This document shows positions 46,706-56,260 of a stretch of DNA of 64,000 nucleotides, piece by piece; positions within the stretch are counted from its first letter, which is position 1, and each line of letters begins with the position of its first letter. Source of the DNA: Candidatus Parcubacteria bacterium (GTDB lineage: Bacteria; Patescibacteriota; Minisyncoccia; Phycocordibacterales; Zambryskibacteraceae). The translations under genes and the position numbers were made by a program. The notes under the pieces are model-generated. The model was not told where the DNA came from. It worked only from the letters and a program-made list of their open reading frames with translations, and made no database searches. Location of the stretch: positions 20,852-84,851 of the forward strand of contig JAIFWN010000001.1 of the NCBI GenBank assembly GCA_019658995.1. The letters run 5' to 3'.

Positions 46706-47110
46706 CTAGGTGAGTCTGGCGAGCTTACGGTTAAGAACTTCGGCTGCAAGTTCGATCTCGACTTTCTCCATATCACGAATCTGGGGCAGAAGAATACTTT
46801 CGAGATAATGTATTCCACTCGGATTGATTCTCAGAAGCCTCGGCGTATGCCTGCCACGAAAACAGATCAATCCTCCGTAGGTAAGCATCTCGATCGAGTC
46901 ATTGAGAAGACGCGAAAATCCTAGATTGCTCCAGTCACGGAAAGCGGACAGAATTTCGAACTCAGGGTTCCTGCAGATTTCGCGGAATACGGATTGCAGG
47001 TCGTTTCTGTCGGCCATCAGGCTACTCGTTTCTCCTGCTGCCGCGTAGAGCACCGCGAGGACGACGTCCATCGCCAAGAGTTGTCTTGGCTGCAAGCGAA
47101 CCGTTGACAT
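46706..47110 (-). CDS. Orphan protein, probable winged-helix fold
   Basis: GGAG SD before ATG 47110; FSRLLNDSIEML..GGLI...INPSG; GCGGAC/GTCCGC terminator. Confidence 0.65.
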   Translation of the reverse strand: MSTVRLQPRQLLAMDVVLAVLYAAAGETSSLMADRNDLQSVFREICRNPEFEILSAFRDWSNLGFSRLLNDSIEMLTYGGLICFRGRHTPRLLRINPSGIHYLESILLPQIRDMEKVEIELAAEVLNRKLARLT

Positions 47111-47187
47111 GAGGTCTCCGAGCTTGTCTGCCGAAAGAATACACCAAGTTTGTAAAATCCGCACGGGAGTGATTGAATAGTTCAAGA

Positions 47188-47781
47188 ATGAGCCATGGGG
47201 GAAACGTGCCGTTCATTACCATCACCGGTCAGCCGGGTTCGGGCAAGACTTTCCTCGAGACAAGGATTCTCGAGGCGAGGCCGGATATAAGGATGTTTGA
47301 AGGCAGGAGTTATACCACCAGGTTTCCGAGACCGGGCGATCTTCCCGGCGAGTATGAGCATGTCACAAGGAAAGAGTTCCGGAAAATGCGCGCTAATGCA
47401 GAATTCGCCTGGGTTTTTCCCCACGGTGACTACCATGTTGCCACGAGGAAACGCGATCTTACGGAGGCGATGCGGAGCGGCAAGGTCTGGATGATGACTC
47501 TGGTGCCGGAAGCCGTGGCCAGGCTCACGGCTTTTGTCGGAAAGGAATCTCTAGTGTCTTTCTATCTCGAGGCCCCGGAAGAGCAGATGATCTCGAGGAT
47601 CAGGGAGAGGGGAGATGACATGGAGAAGGCTCTCAAACGCTTCGAGGATACGAGGAGTTGGAAGCGGCAGATGCACGTGCTCGGTCTGGAATTTTTTCCA
47701 ATCGACACATCCGACGAAGATCCTCCGGCTAAGACCGCTCTGAGTGCGGTCTTAAGAGTGCTTTCACTCCATGGTATCTGA
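47188..47781 (+). CDS. gmk: Guanylate kinase (divergent)
   Basis: GQPGSGKT, SYTTRFPRPG. Confidence 0.8.
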   Translation: MSHGGNVPFITITGQPGSGKTFLETRILEARPDIRMFEGRSYTTRFPRPGDLPGEYEHVTRKEFRKMRANAEFAWVFPHGDYHVATRKRDLTEAMRSGKVWMMTLVPEAVARLTAFVGKESLVSFYLEAPEEQMISRIRERGDDMEKALKRFEDTRSWKRQMHVLGLEFFPIDTSDEDPPAKTALSAVLRVLSLHGI

Positions 47782-47823
47782 AGCGCGAAGGCGCTTCTTT
47801 TTTATGATAATGTAGAACTTATC

Positions 47824-47898
47824 GGCCTAGTCGCCAAGTAGTAAGGCAACTCTCTGCAAAAGAGTTACACGCGGGTGCGATTCCCGCCTAGGCCTCCA
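47824..47898 (+). tRNA. tRNA-Cys(GCA), CCA encoded
   Basis: ACTCT-CTGCAAA-AGAGT; U73. Confidence 0.9.
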
Positions 47899-47921
47899 TC
47901 GGAGACCACTGTTTCCGAGAC

Positions 47922-48004
47922 GCCCAGGTGGTGGAATGGTATACACGAGGGACTTAAAATCCCTTGGTCGCAAGACCTTGTGAGTTCGAGTCTCACTCTG
48001 GGCA
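47922..48004 (+). tRNA. tRNA-Leu(TAA)
   Basis: AGGGA-CTTAAAA-TCCCT. Confidence 0.94.
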
Positions 48005-48005
48005 C

Positions 48006-48332
48006 CTAAATATTTTTTCCTATCTCATCCAGTCTCTGGCGGTTTCTCTCGCCGTAATCGATCTTGAAGCGAAGGTGGGGAGGAAAGCCGATGCGGGATT
48101 CCTTGATGACTTTTTGCTTGAACTCGGGGGCCTTGCGATCCAAAAATTTCAGTGCGGTATCCTCTTCCGATTCAGGCAGAGTGGTAAAGAAGATGACGGC
48201 ATCCTTGCCGCTGGGGTTGAGTTCTACTCGGGTGACGGTGATGAGAGAGGATTTGCCCCCTTCGTCACGGATAAATTCCGCAGCCAGACGGTGAAGAATC
48301 TCTTCTACCTTGTCGTGTTTGATTGCTCTCAT
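48006..48332 (-). CDS. rbfA: Ribosome-binding factor A
   Basis: LITVTRVE, PHLRFKID; downstream of infB. Confidence 0.9.
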   Translation of the reverse strand: MRAIKHDKVEEILHRLAAEFIRDEGGKSSLITVTRVELNPSGKDAVIFFTTLPESEEDTALKFLDRKAPEFKQKVIKESRIGFPPHLRFKIDYGERNRQRLDEIGKNI

Positions 48333-49825
48333 TTCGTTACCAGTACTATTCGTTCGAGATAATCTCCAGGTGTGATCTCGGCCTTTGACTCGATCATTGC
48401 GCCGAACTCAGCGCCTTCAGAGACGCTGTCTGTGGCTATCTTGGCCTGCTGGAGCTCCTTGACCTTGCCGCGGCCTATCTCCTCCTCACGCCTCAGAATT
48501 TTGAGCATTGAACCCTTTTCAATCAGGCCGTTTTCGACCCTGGCGCCGACGACCTGCTTGTCTTTGGTCTTGCTGAAAATTTTCAGGACTTTGGCGCGAC
48601 CCATGATCTCTTCAACTTCGACCTTCGGTTCGCGTTCCGTAAGCAGTTCTTCAACTCTTTCCTTAAGCTTGTAAATAATGTCAAAGAGTTCTATCGTCAC
48701 ACCTTCTGTGCGCTCGGCAAGCGCAGCCGCCTGGGGGTCTACTTTGGTATTGAAGCCCATGATAATTGTGCCCGGGGTGGTCATGGAAGTCTTTACGTCG
48801 CCCTCGGAAATGGTGCCGACGGCTGCGGTTACGATTTTTATTGAAATGCGCTCGCGTGCAATCTTGCCGAGTTCATACTGGATAGCTTCAAGACTTCCGG
48901 CCGCATCGGCTTTGATAATGAGAGGAAGGGCGGTACTGCCGTCTTCGATGTTGGCTGACTGCATCTCCTGTTTGGGGATGTGGGCCAGTACTCTCTCCGA
49001 ATCTGCGTATAGTTGCGCGGCCTTCTTGTCTTCGAAAATCTCGAATACCGCACCGACCAGTGGCAAGTTGTCCCATCCGACGATCTGAATAGGGGAGGAG
49101 AAGGAGAGTTCCGGTACCTGCTCGCCGTCGGCATTGAGGATAAACCTTAGCGGTGCCACAGTGCCGATGGAAGCGGCGACTTGTCCGATCTTGACTGTGC
49201 CGTCTTTAATGACGCCGACGGCAGTGACGCCCTTCTTCGGATCCAGTCTGCTCTCTATTATTACTCCTGTACCCCATCTGTCGCTGTCGCCGGTGCAGTG
49301 CTCCATCTCCGAGAGTAGTATGAGCATATCGAGAAACTCTTTGACGCCTTCCCCGGTCTTAGCCGAGAGCGCTACGAAGGGTACATCGCCGCCGTAACCC
49401 TCTAGATACACATCGTTCTCGGCAAGAGACTGCTTAACCATTTCGATATTCGCAGAGGGTTTGTCGATTTTGGTTATAGCTACGAGCATAGGAATCTTCT
49501 CTTCTCGGATGCGCTTAAGAGCCTCGAGAGTCTGCGGCTTCACTCCGTCCTCGGCAGAAACTACAAGAACGGCGATGTCGGCCGCACGGGCGCCGCGAGC
49601 GCGGATAGATTTGAAGGCTTCGTGTCCGGGAGTATCGAGAAAGGTGATGCGGCTTCCCGTCTCATCGTCTCTGATGTGTACGATCTCATAAGCGGCCACG
49701 TGCTGGGTGATGCCCCCAGCCTCTTTGTCGACGGTATTTGATTTGCGGATGTAATCAAGAAGCGTCGACTTGCCGTGGTCTATGTGTCCCATTATTGCCA
49801 CAACTGGAGGTCTCGGAGATTTCAT
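48329..49825 (-). CDS. infB: Translation initiation factor IF-2 (N-terminally short)
   Basis: [36 protein letters not shown]. Confidence 0.97.
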   Translation of the reverse strand: MKSPRPPVVAIMGHIDHGKSTLLDYIRKSNTVDKEAGGITQHVAAYEIVHIRDDETGSRITFLDTPGHEAFKSIRARGARAADIAVLVVSAEDGVKPQTLEALKRIREEKIPMLVAITKIDKPSANIEMVKQSLAENDVYLEGYGGDVPFVALSAKTGEGVKEFLDMLILLSEMEHCTGDSDRWGTGVIIESRLDPKKGVTAVGVIKDGTVKIGQVAASIGTVAPLRFILNADGEQVPELSFSSPIQIVGWDNLPLVGAVFEIFEDKKAAQLYADSERVLAHIPKQEMQSANIEDGSTALPLIIKADAAGSLEAIQYELGKIARERISIKIVTAAVGTISEGDVKTSMTTPGTIIMGFNTKVDPQAAALAERTEGVTIELFDIIYKLKERVEELLTEREPKVEVEEIMGRAKVLKIFSKTKDKQVVGARVENGLIEKGSMLKILRREEEIGRGKVKELQQAKIATDSVSEGAEFGAMIESKAEITPGDYLERIVLVTK

Positions 49826-49879
49826 AGTGTGGCTACTTTATCACAAATGTGGTCTTATATCTAATAATAAAAATGCCGA

Positions 49880-50326
49880 CTATGCAGTCGGCTGAGGGGT
49901 GCCTATATGCCCCCATCTTACACTCTGTGATAGCTCACAAAAACGCAGGAGTACTTTGGCAGCGGCGAGTGCCTGAGGCGAACCGACACCGAATGGACTC
50001 TCGTCCGTATCGAGAACAATGACCGTGGGATCGAGCCCCCTGTCCATCTGACATTTGGGCAAATACACGGCGGCACGAGCGATTTGGCCATCCTCGACTC
50101 CGATCTTGCCGGCTTCGATCTCAAGGATATCATTCTTGTCGACATCAAGGACATAGAAGCGATAGTTGTCATCGGGGTGTCCGTACATCCTTTCCCGTGT
50201 CTCGTGTACAAGATGGACAGAAAATTGCATAAACTCCTTCATATGCCCTTTCCAGAGTCTCTTGCCGCGGTATTCTGTATCTGTGAATTCTTCGAAGATC
50301 GCAGGAAGAACTTCGTTAGCATCCAT
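49880..50326 (-). CDS. Orphan hypothetical protein
   Basis: TTGACA-N17-TAAAGT (50380-50352), GGAG before ATG 50326; stop inside GCCGACT/AGTCGGC hairpin. Confidence 0.7.
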   Translation of the reverse strand: MDANEVLPAIFEEFTDTEYRGKRLWKGHMKEFMQFSVHLVHETRERMYGHPDDNYRFYVLDVDKNDILEIEAGKIGVEDGQIARAAVYLPKCQMDRGLDPTVIVLDTDESPFGVGSPQALAAAKVLLRFCELSQSVRWGHIGTPQPTA

Positions 50327-50397
50327 GATTTTCTCCGGTTGTTCTATAAAGACTTTACGTTCTGTATTTTGCCCTGTCAATCTGCTAGATTGTGGTT

Positions 50398-51408
50398 ATG
50401 AACTGGTTCAAGAGGAGGATTTTTTTCGATTATGCCGGAGGGAAAGATAATCCGTCCGGTATCCATGAAGAGGGAAGACTGGCGCATAAAAAGCTTGAGG
50501 AGACCCGCCTCCGGATCGCGCGAATTTTGAAGTGCCAGGCGCGCGATATTATCTTCACCTCGGGCGGAACGGAGTCTGACAACCTGGCGGTGCTCGGAGT
50601 TTTCGAAGAGGCTAAGGAGAAGTTCGAAAAGCCGCATATAATCATCGGTACCCATGAGCATCCAGCAGTTTATGAGTCGGCAAAAGAGGCACAAAGACAG
50701 GGAGCCGAGCTCACCATCACCGATGAGCCGATGAAGCACCTGAAGGAGAATACAGTACTCGTGTCTATTATATATGCCAATAACGAAACAGGAGCAATAA
50801 ACCCGGTACCCAAAATTGCCAGACTCGTCAGGGACTATAGGAAGAAGCACGGAAGCCGGTACCCCCTAATGCACACAGATGCCACATCCGCGTACGAATA
50901 CCTGGAGGTAGACATCAATAAAGTACCCGCCGATCTCATCAGTATAGAAAATGTGTTAACAGTAAGGCCGCCTGCGACGATACGTCCTAGAAATTTGGGC
51001 GGAGGACAGGAGAGGAGACTCCGCGCCGGAACGCAGAACCTAAAAGTTATCGAAGATTTTGCCAGGAATCTCGAAGTATCGGTGAAAAATCGCGAAAAAG
51101 AATCCGAGAGATTAACGGAGATCAAAAATTTCTTCATCGATGAGATCCGCAGAAGTTTTCCCAAGGCTGTCATCAATACTCCCCGGATCAGTCTGCCGCA
51201 TATCGTGAGTGTGAGTTTCCCGGGTCAATTGCATGAGTTTCTGGCCATAAAGCTCGACTTTCACGGCATCGCTGTCTCGACCGGGAGCGCCTGCGACTCA
51301 TCCAAAGATGAAGAAAGCAAAGAAGCCTTGCGATTTTCTTTCGGTAAGGAAACTTCCAAAATAGAAATCAAAGAAACGATTAGCGTTCTTAAGAAAATAA
51401 TGTTATAA
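50398..51408 (+). CDS. IscS/NifS-like class V aminotransferase, apparently lacking the PLP lysine
   Basis: FTSGGTESDN, HEHPAV, ANNETG, GGGQE..LRAGT, STGSAC present; SxHK absent. Confidence 0.8.
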   Translation: MNWFKRRIFFDYAGGKDNPSGIHEEGRLAHKKLEETRLRIARILKCQARDIIFTSGGTESDNLAVLGVFEEAKEKFEKPHIIIGTHEHPAVYESAKEAQRQGAELTITDEPMKHLKENTVLVSIIYANNETGAINPVPKIARLVRDYRKKHGSRYPLMHTDATSAYEYLEVDINKVPADLISIENVLTVRPPATIRPRNLGGGQERRLRAGTQNLKVIEDFARNLEVSVKNREKESERLTEIKNFFIDEIRRSFPKAVINTPRISLPHIVSVSFPGQLHEFLAIKLDFHGIAVSTGSACDSSKDEESKEALRFSFGKETSKIEIKETISVLKKIML

Positions 51409-51415
51409 TTGCGCC

Positions 51416-52213
51416 ATGACGACGATGGAAGATCTCACAAAGACCCAAATCGTTCTCCTGACTTTGCTCGTGAGCTTCATCACGTCTATAGCAACTGGCA
51501 TTATTACCTCGACGCTTCTTGCACAAGCCCCGGCAAACGTAACTCAGACCATCGATCGTGTGGTAGAGCGCACTATTGAAAAAGTCGCCCCCACTCCGAC
51601 CGGTGCCGGCACGACGGTCAGGGAAGTTACGGTAATTAAAGAGGGCGATGCCATAGTCTCATCGATAGATCAGAACGCCAAGGCCGTGGTTCGCATAAGA
51701 AATTCTTCGGTATCCGGAGATGCGGGTTCGGAATTCTATGCCATGGGCGTAGTCGTGAACAGGCAGGGGCTTATACTTTCCGACAAACGCGGCATTGTGC
51801 CGAATGCGTCATACATAGCGGTTTTCTCGGACGGCAGCACTCTCCCGGTAACGGCCTATGCCTCAAGCGAAACTGGCAGCCTGGCCCTCTTCAAACTGAA
51901 TACCGATGATGTGCACCTGCGCGCTCTCTCGCTCATAACTCTTTCAAAAACTGATCCCAAGCTCGGACAGACTGTCATTGCCATAGAAGGGGTAGAGAAA
52001 AACGCGGTAGCTGTCGGCCGTGTACTCTCGATAGATACCAATGCCGGCGCTGTAGATACTGATATACCGGCCAGGGCGGAAACAGCCGGCGGGCCACTCC
52101 TTAATCTCTCAGGCGAACTCATAGGTATGAAAACATCGAATTCGGATTTGACCCTTCCTCCCGGCAGTTATACAGTGGCTTCGGCACTGACAAAGTTCGT
52201 AGCCGCCCACTAG
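51416..52213 (+). CDS. Membrane-anchored trypsin/HtrA-like domain protein, probably inactive
   Basis: MEDLTKTQIVLLTLLVSF..., LGQTVIAI, GGPLLNLSGELIG; catalytic His/Ser not seen. Confidence 0.75.
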   Translation: MTTMEDLTKTQIVLLTLLVSFITSIATGIITSTLLAQAPANVTQTIDRVVERTIEKVAPTPTGAGTTVREVTVIKEGDAIVSSIDQNAKAVVRIRNSSVSGDAGSEFYAMGVVVNRQGLILSDKRGIVPNASYIAVFSDGSTLPVTAYASSETGSLALFKLNTDDVHLRALSLITLSKTDPKLGQTVIAIEGVEKNAVAVGRVLSIDTNAGAVDTDIPARAETAGGPLLNLSGELIGMKTSNSDLTLPPGSYTVASALTKFVAAH

Positions 52214-52240
52214 AAATTTCCGGAACCTAACAGAACAGCC

Positions 52241-54916
52241 ATGCTTCCATTCCAACATTTCACAACCAAAGCCAAAGAAGCCATACGCCGAGCGCATGAG
52301 CTTGCCATAGAGCGCGGACAGAACCATGTAAACCCCATGCATCTCCTCGCAGCTTTAATACTGCAGGAAGAGAGCATGGTCATTTCCATACTGGACAAGA
52401 TGGATGTTGATACCATTCTTCTGACCGACTCGGTCCTTGAGTCCATAGAAAATCCGGAAGTGTCCCAGACTCTCTCTCCTTCATATCAGATATATCTCAC
52501 TCCCGAACTTGCGCACATTATCGAGTCATCTTCGAAGATAGCCCAGGGACTCGGGGACGAATTCGTCTCGACCGAACATCTTTTCCTCTCTGTTCTTGAA
52601 GTGCAGGGAGAGGCGCGCGATCTCTTAACCAAGTTTAAAATCGACCGTCAGACTGTCACCAAGCTCATCGAGGAGCTCAAGCACGCCGGCCCAGCCGAAC
52701 CCAAGCAGGAGAAAAAATTCAAATCCCTTTCCAAATACACCCGCTCGCTCACCAAACTTGCCAAACAAAACAAACTCGATCCGGTCATAGGGCGCGACCA
52801 GGAAATTTCCCGTATCATCCAGATACTCTCCCGCCGCACCAAAAACAATCCCATACTCATCGGTGAAGCCGGGGTGGGTAAAACCGCCATTGCCGAAGGT
52901 CTGGCTATCAGGATGTCTTCGGGAAACGTTCCCGAATCTCTGCGCGATAAGGAGCTGGTATCGCTCGACCTCGGACTTCTGATTGCCGGTACCAAATACC
53001 GCGGCGAATTCGAAGAACGTCTGAAAAATATAATCAAGGAGATAGAGAAGTCAGACGGAAAGATCATCCTCTTTATTGACGAGATACATACGATAGTGGG
53101 TGCCGGAGCCGCCGAAGGCTCAATGGATGCGTCGAATATGCTGAAGCCCCCGCTTGCCCGCGGTGAGCTGCGTGCCATAGGCGCTACCACGCTCCGCGAA
53201 TATCAGAAGCATATCGAGAAGGATCCCGCACTGACCCGTCGTTTCCAGCCCGTATACGTAAACGAGCCTTCGGTCGAGGATGCCATGACGATTCTCCGCG
53301 GTCTCAAGGAGCGCTACGAGCTCTACCACGGCGTACACATAACGGATGATTCCATTAAGGCGGCGGTCAATCTCTCTTCGCGCTACATTACAGACCGATT
53401 CCTGCCCGATAAAGCTGTCGACCTCATAGATGAAGCCGCATCTTTTCTGAAGATTTCGCTCGAGAATATGCCGCCGATTCTCCAGGAGACTCACTCCAAA
53501 GTAGTGAAGCTGGAGATAGAGCGGGAAGCCCTGAAGAAGGAAGCCAAGAACCCCAAAGTTTCTACCCGTCTCAAAGCTATTGAGAAGGAAATCGCCGATC
53601 TCAAAGAGAAAACAGCCGAGATTGAGCTTAAGTGGAAAAATGAGAAGGAAGTAGTGGGCGAGATCAAGGAGATTAAGAAAGCTCTGGAAACGACCAGACT
53701 CGAGGCCGAGGCTGCAGAAGCCAGGGCCGATCTCTCGCGCGCAGCCGAACTGCGCTATGGGCGCATTCCCGCTCTGGAACGCGATCTCGATACCAAATCC
53801 AAACGCCTAAAGAAGCTTCAGAGTTCCAGAAGGATTTTGAAAGAGGAGATCACTGAGCAAGATATTGCTGATGTGGTCAGCCGATGGACCAACATCCCTG
53901 TCTCGAGAATGCTTGAGGAAGAGGCTGAAAAGCTCAGCCGGATGGAAGAGTATCTGAAGAAAAGAATCGTGGGCCAGGATGAAGCGGTCAAGAAAATCGC
54001 CGATACGGTCAAGAGAAGTCGTGCCGGTATCTCAGACCCGCAGAGGCCCATAGGCTCTTTTATGTTCCTTGGTCCTACCGGGGTGGGCAAGACCGAGCTT
54101 ACCAAAGCTCTGGCCGAATTTATGTTCGACGATGAGAAGGCACTGATACGCGTGGACATGAGCGAGTTCATGGAGAAGCACTCGGTTTCAAAACTGATCG
54201 GAGCTCCTCCCGGCTACGTCGGCTTCGAAGAGGGAGGAAGCTTTACGGAAATGGTTCGTCATCGGCCGTATTCCGTCATACTCTTTGATGAGATAGAGAA
54301 GGCGCATCCCGAAGTATTTAACATTTTGCTTCAAGTTCTCGACAACGGCCGGTTGACCGACGCCAAGGGCAGGGTAGTGAACTTCAAGAATGCCATAATT
54401 ATTTTGACATCTAACGTCGGTGCCCAGTATATAGACAAGATGCAGGCAATAGGATTCTCCAGGGGCAGTGACAAGGACAACTACGATGGACTGAAAGACA
54501 AGGTTCTCGATGCCTTGAAAGACCAGTTCAGGCCGGAGTTTCTGAATCGCCTGGACGAGATAGTGGTCTTCAACATCCTTACCAAGGATGTGGTTAAGGA
54601 AATAGTGAGCATTCAGGTCGAGGCTATCAAAAAACGCCTTGCCGAGAAAGAGATAGAGCTCGTGGTCAACGACGCTGTCTTCGAGGAGCTTGCCAAGGAG
54701 GGCTACAATCCCCAGTACGGCGCAAGGCCTCTGAAGCGTCTGATACAGACAAAAATCCTCAACCCGGTAGCTACCATGATGATAGGCAATAAGATACTAA
54801 GCGGCGGCACGGTTATCGTCGATAAAAAGAATGACGAGTACACCTTCGAGGTCAAAAGAGGCCGAAGGAGCGGCAATATAAGTACGGTCGCTGAAAGGCA
54901 AAAGACCACCCGCTAG
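52241..54916 (+). CDS. clpB: ClpB chaperone
   Basis: Two AAA modules (GEAGVGKT, GPTGVGKT), long M-domain with AAELRYG. Confidence 0.95.
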   Translation: MLPFQHFTTKAKEAIRRAHELAIERGQNHVNPMHLLAALILQEESMVISILDKMDVDTILLTDSVLESIENPEVSQTLSPSYQIYLTPELAHIIESSSKIAQGLGDEFVSTEHLFLSVLEVQGEARDLLTKFKIDRQTVTKLIEELKHAGPAEPKQEKKFKSLSKYTRSLTKLAKQNKLDPVIGRDQEISRIIQILSRRTKNNPILIGEAGVGKTAIAEGLAIRMSSGNVPESLRDKELVSLDLGLLIAGTKYRGEFEERLKNIIKEIEKSDGKIILFIDEIHTIVGAGAAEGSMDASNMLKPPLARGELRAIGATTLREYQKHIEKDPALTRRFQPVYVNEPSVEDAMTILRGLKERYELYHGVHITDDSIKAAVNLSSRYITDRFLPDKAVDLIDEAASFLKISLENMPPILQETHSKVVKLEIEREALKKEAKNPKVSTRLKAIEKEIADLKEKTAEIELKWKNEKEVVGEIKEIKKALETTRLEAEAAEARADLSRAAELRYGRIPALERDLDTKSKRLKKLQSSRRILKEEITEQDIADVVSRWTNIPVSRMLEEEAEKLSRMEEYLKKRIVGQDEAVKKIADTVKRSRAGISDPQRPIGSFMFLGPTGVGKTELTKALAEFMFDDEKALIRVDMSEFMEKHSVSKLIGAPPGYVGFEEGGSFTEMVRHRPYSVILFDEIEKAHPEVFNILLQVLDNGRLTDAKGRVVNFKNAIIILTSNVGAQYIDKMQAIGFSRGSDKDNYDGLKDKVLDALKDQFRPEFLNRLDEIVVFNILTKDVVKEIVSIQVEAIKKRLAEKEIELVVNDAVFEELAKEGYNPQYGARPLKRLIQTKILNPVATMMIGNKILSGGTVIVDKKNDEYTFEVKRGRRSGNISTVAERQKTTR

Positions 54917-54951
54917 CAAGCAGGCCGAAAAACTGCTAAATTCATAGGTAC

Positions 54952-55034
54952 GCGTCGGTGGTAGAGTGGTCAATTACAACAGACTGTAAATCTGTCGGCT
55001 TCGGCCTACGCAGGTTCGAATCCTGCCCGGCGCA
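54952..55034 (+). tRNA. tRNA-Tyr(GTA)
   Basis: ACAGA-CTGTAAA-TCTGT, variable arm. Confidence 0.94.
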
Positions 55035-55041
55035 CACAAAA

Positions 55042-55344
55042 ATGGAACACATCCCAAGCAACTACGAATTCAGCGATTTCGTTAAGGAATGTAAGAATAG
55101 ATACAACAAGATTTATACAGCTGTGAGCATAGATCAGAGTATTGATATCGAGGAAGATTTGGCCAAGTTCATACAGAGACTGAAGGAGAAGTACGGAGCG
55201 GAGGAGGTACAAAAATACGGTCTCTACCATGCTCTATACAGCAGCCCTTTGTCCAAAATGGAAATCATCGCTGATGACCTACCAGGAGAAGACTCCATAG
55301 CCGGATTCATCGGGGAGCTTGAAAATAAATATAAGAAAGGTTAG
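55042..55344 (+). CDS. Hypothetical protein
   Basis: 100 aa ORF just after tRNA-Tyr. Confidence 0.7.
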   Translation: MEHIPSNYEFSDFVKECKNRYNKIYTAVSIDQSIDIEEDLAKFIQRLKEKYGAEEVQKYGLYHALYSSPLSKMEIIADDLPGEDSIAGFIGELENKYKKG

Positions 55345-55355
55345 TCTATAGCCCT

Positions 55356-55529
55356 ATGTCACAGGTTCATCTGATAAAGCTGGTCTCAGTAGGGGACGAA
55401 AAGGGTGTGGGCAAAGGCCACACTTATTACTCGCGCAAAAATAAGAAATCGGTCGAGCGCAAACTGGAGTTGAAGAAGTATAACCCGATAGCTAAAAAGC
55501 ATACCGTCTACAAGGAGAAGAAGGCCTAG
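55356..55529 (+). CDS. rpmG: 50S ribosomal protein bL33 (Zn-free), absent from the ORF track
   Basis: MSQVHLIKL...HTYYSRKNKK...KLELKKYNPIAKKHTVYKE. Confidence 0.93.
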   Translation: MSQVHLIKLVSVGDEKGVGKGHTYYSRKNKKSVERKLELKKYNPIAKKHTVYKEKKA

Positions 55530-55554
55530 TTCGTGCTAATATAGCCCTCTAAGG

Positions 55555-55579
55555 GGCTTGCCCCGAGCTTGTCGAGGGG
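55555..55579. repeat. Short REP-like palindrome abutting tRNA-Trp
   Basis: GCTTGCCCCGAGCTTGTCGAGGGG imperfect hairpin. Confidence 0.45.
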
Positions 55580-55647
55580 CGATTAGTTTAGTGGTAGAAC
55601 AGCGGTCTCCAAAACCGCTGGCGGGGGTTCGATTCCCTCATCGCCCG
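55577..55647 (+). tRNA. tRNA-Trp(CCA)
   Basis: GCGGT-CTCCAAA-ACCGC. Confidence 0.94.
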
Positions 55648-55648
55648 C

Positions 55649-56260
55649 ATGTCATATTTGTTTCTTAATATCCCGCATCTGCTCGCCACGCACGGCTACT
55701 GGGGCGTCTTCATTATCGTTTTTCTGGAGAGCGGCATCTTCTTCCCGCTGCCGGGAGATAGCCTGCTTTTCACCGCCGGACTTTTAGCCTCGGGAGCCGG
55801 GCTTAACCTGTATTTGCTAATCCCGATCATATTTGTCGCCACTTTCCTCGGCGGCATAGCCGGGTATTTCATCGGTGTTTACCTCGAGCGACTGCACAAG
55901 TACGCTTTCTTCAGGAAAATCTTGAAAGAAGAACATCTTGATAAAGCTCACGAATTCTTCGACAAACACGGACGAATGGCGATTGTTCTGTCCAGGTTTG
56001 TGCCCCTCGTGCGCACCTTCGTACCTATAGTCGCGGGTATTGCTCGTATGAATTTCGGCAGATTCATACGCTACAGCCTGCTGTCATCACTGCTATGGTC
56101 CATTATTGTAACCCTTCTAGGATATTTTCTCGGCCGAGAATTCCCCGAACTCCACAATTATCTCTCGTACCTTGTTATACTCATCGTTTTGGCTTCGGTC
56201 GTGCCGATAGCAATCGAGTGGTGGCGCGAAAGGCGCCGGAAGCGGAGTCGAACCACCTGA
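55649..56260 (+). CDS. dedA: DedA family membrane protein
   Basis: FLESG..FPLPGDSLLFTAG; RFVPLVRTF.P..AG. Confidence 0.92.
   Translation: MSYLFLNIPHLLATHGYWGVFIIVFLESGIFFPLPGDSLLFTAGLLASGAGLNLYLLIPIIFVATFLGGIAGYFIGVYLERLHKYAFFRKILKEEHLDKAHEFFDKHGRMAIVLSRFVPLVRTFVPIVAGIARMNFGRFIRYSLLSSLLWSIIVTLLGYFLGREFPELHNYLSYLVILIVLASVVPIAIEWWRERRRKRSRTT

Noticed and set aside
17449-49825. Short ValS, IF-2 and bS1 as pseudogenes
   Set aside because: Catalytic motifs and frames are intact; compact forms are typical of CPR
55577-55647. Alternative genetic code (UGA recoding)
   Set aside because: TGA ends conserved genes at the expected positions (valS, ybeY, dprA) and no long ORF needs read-through
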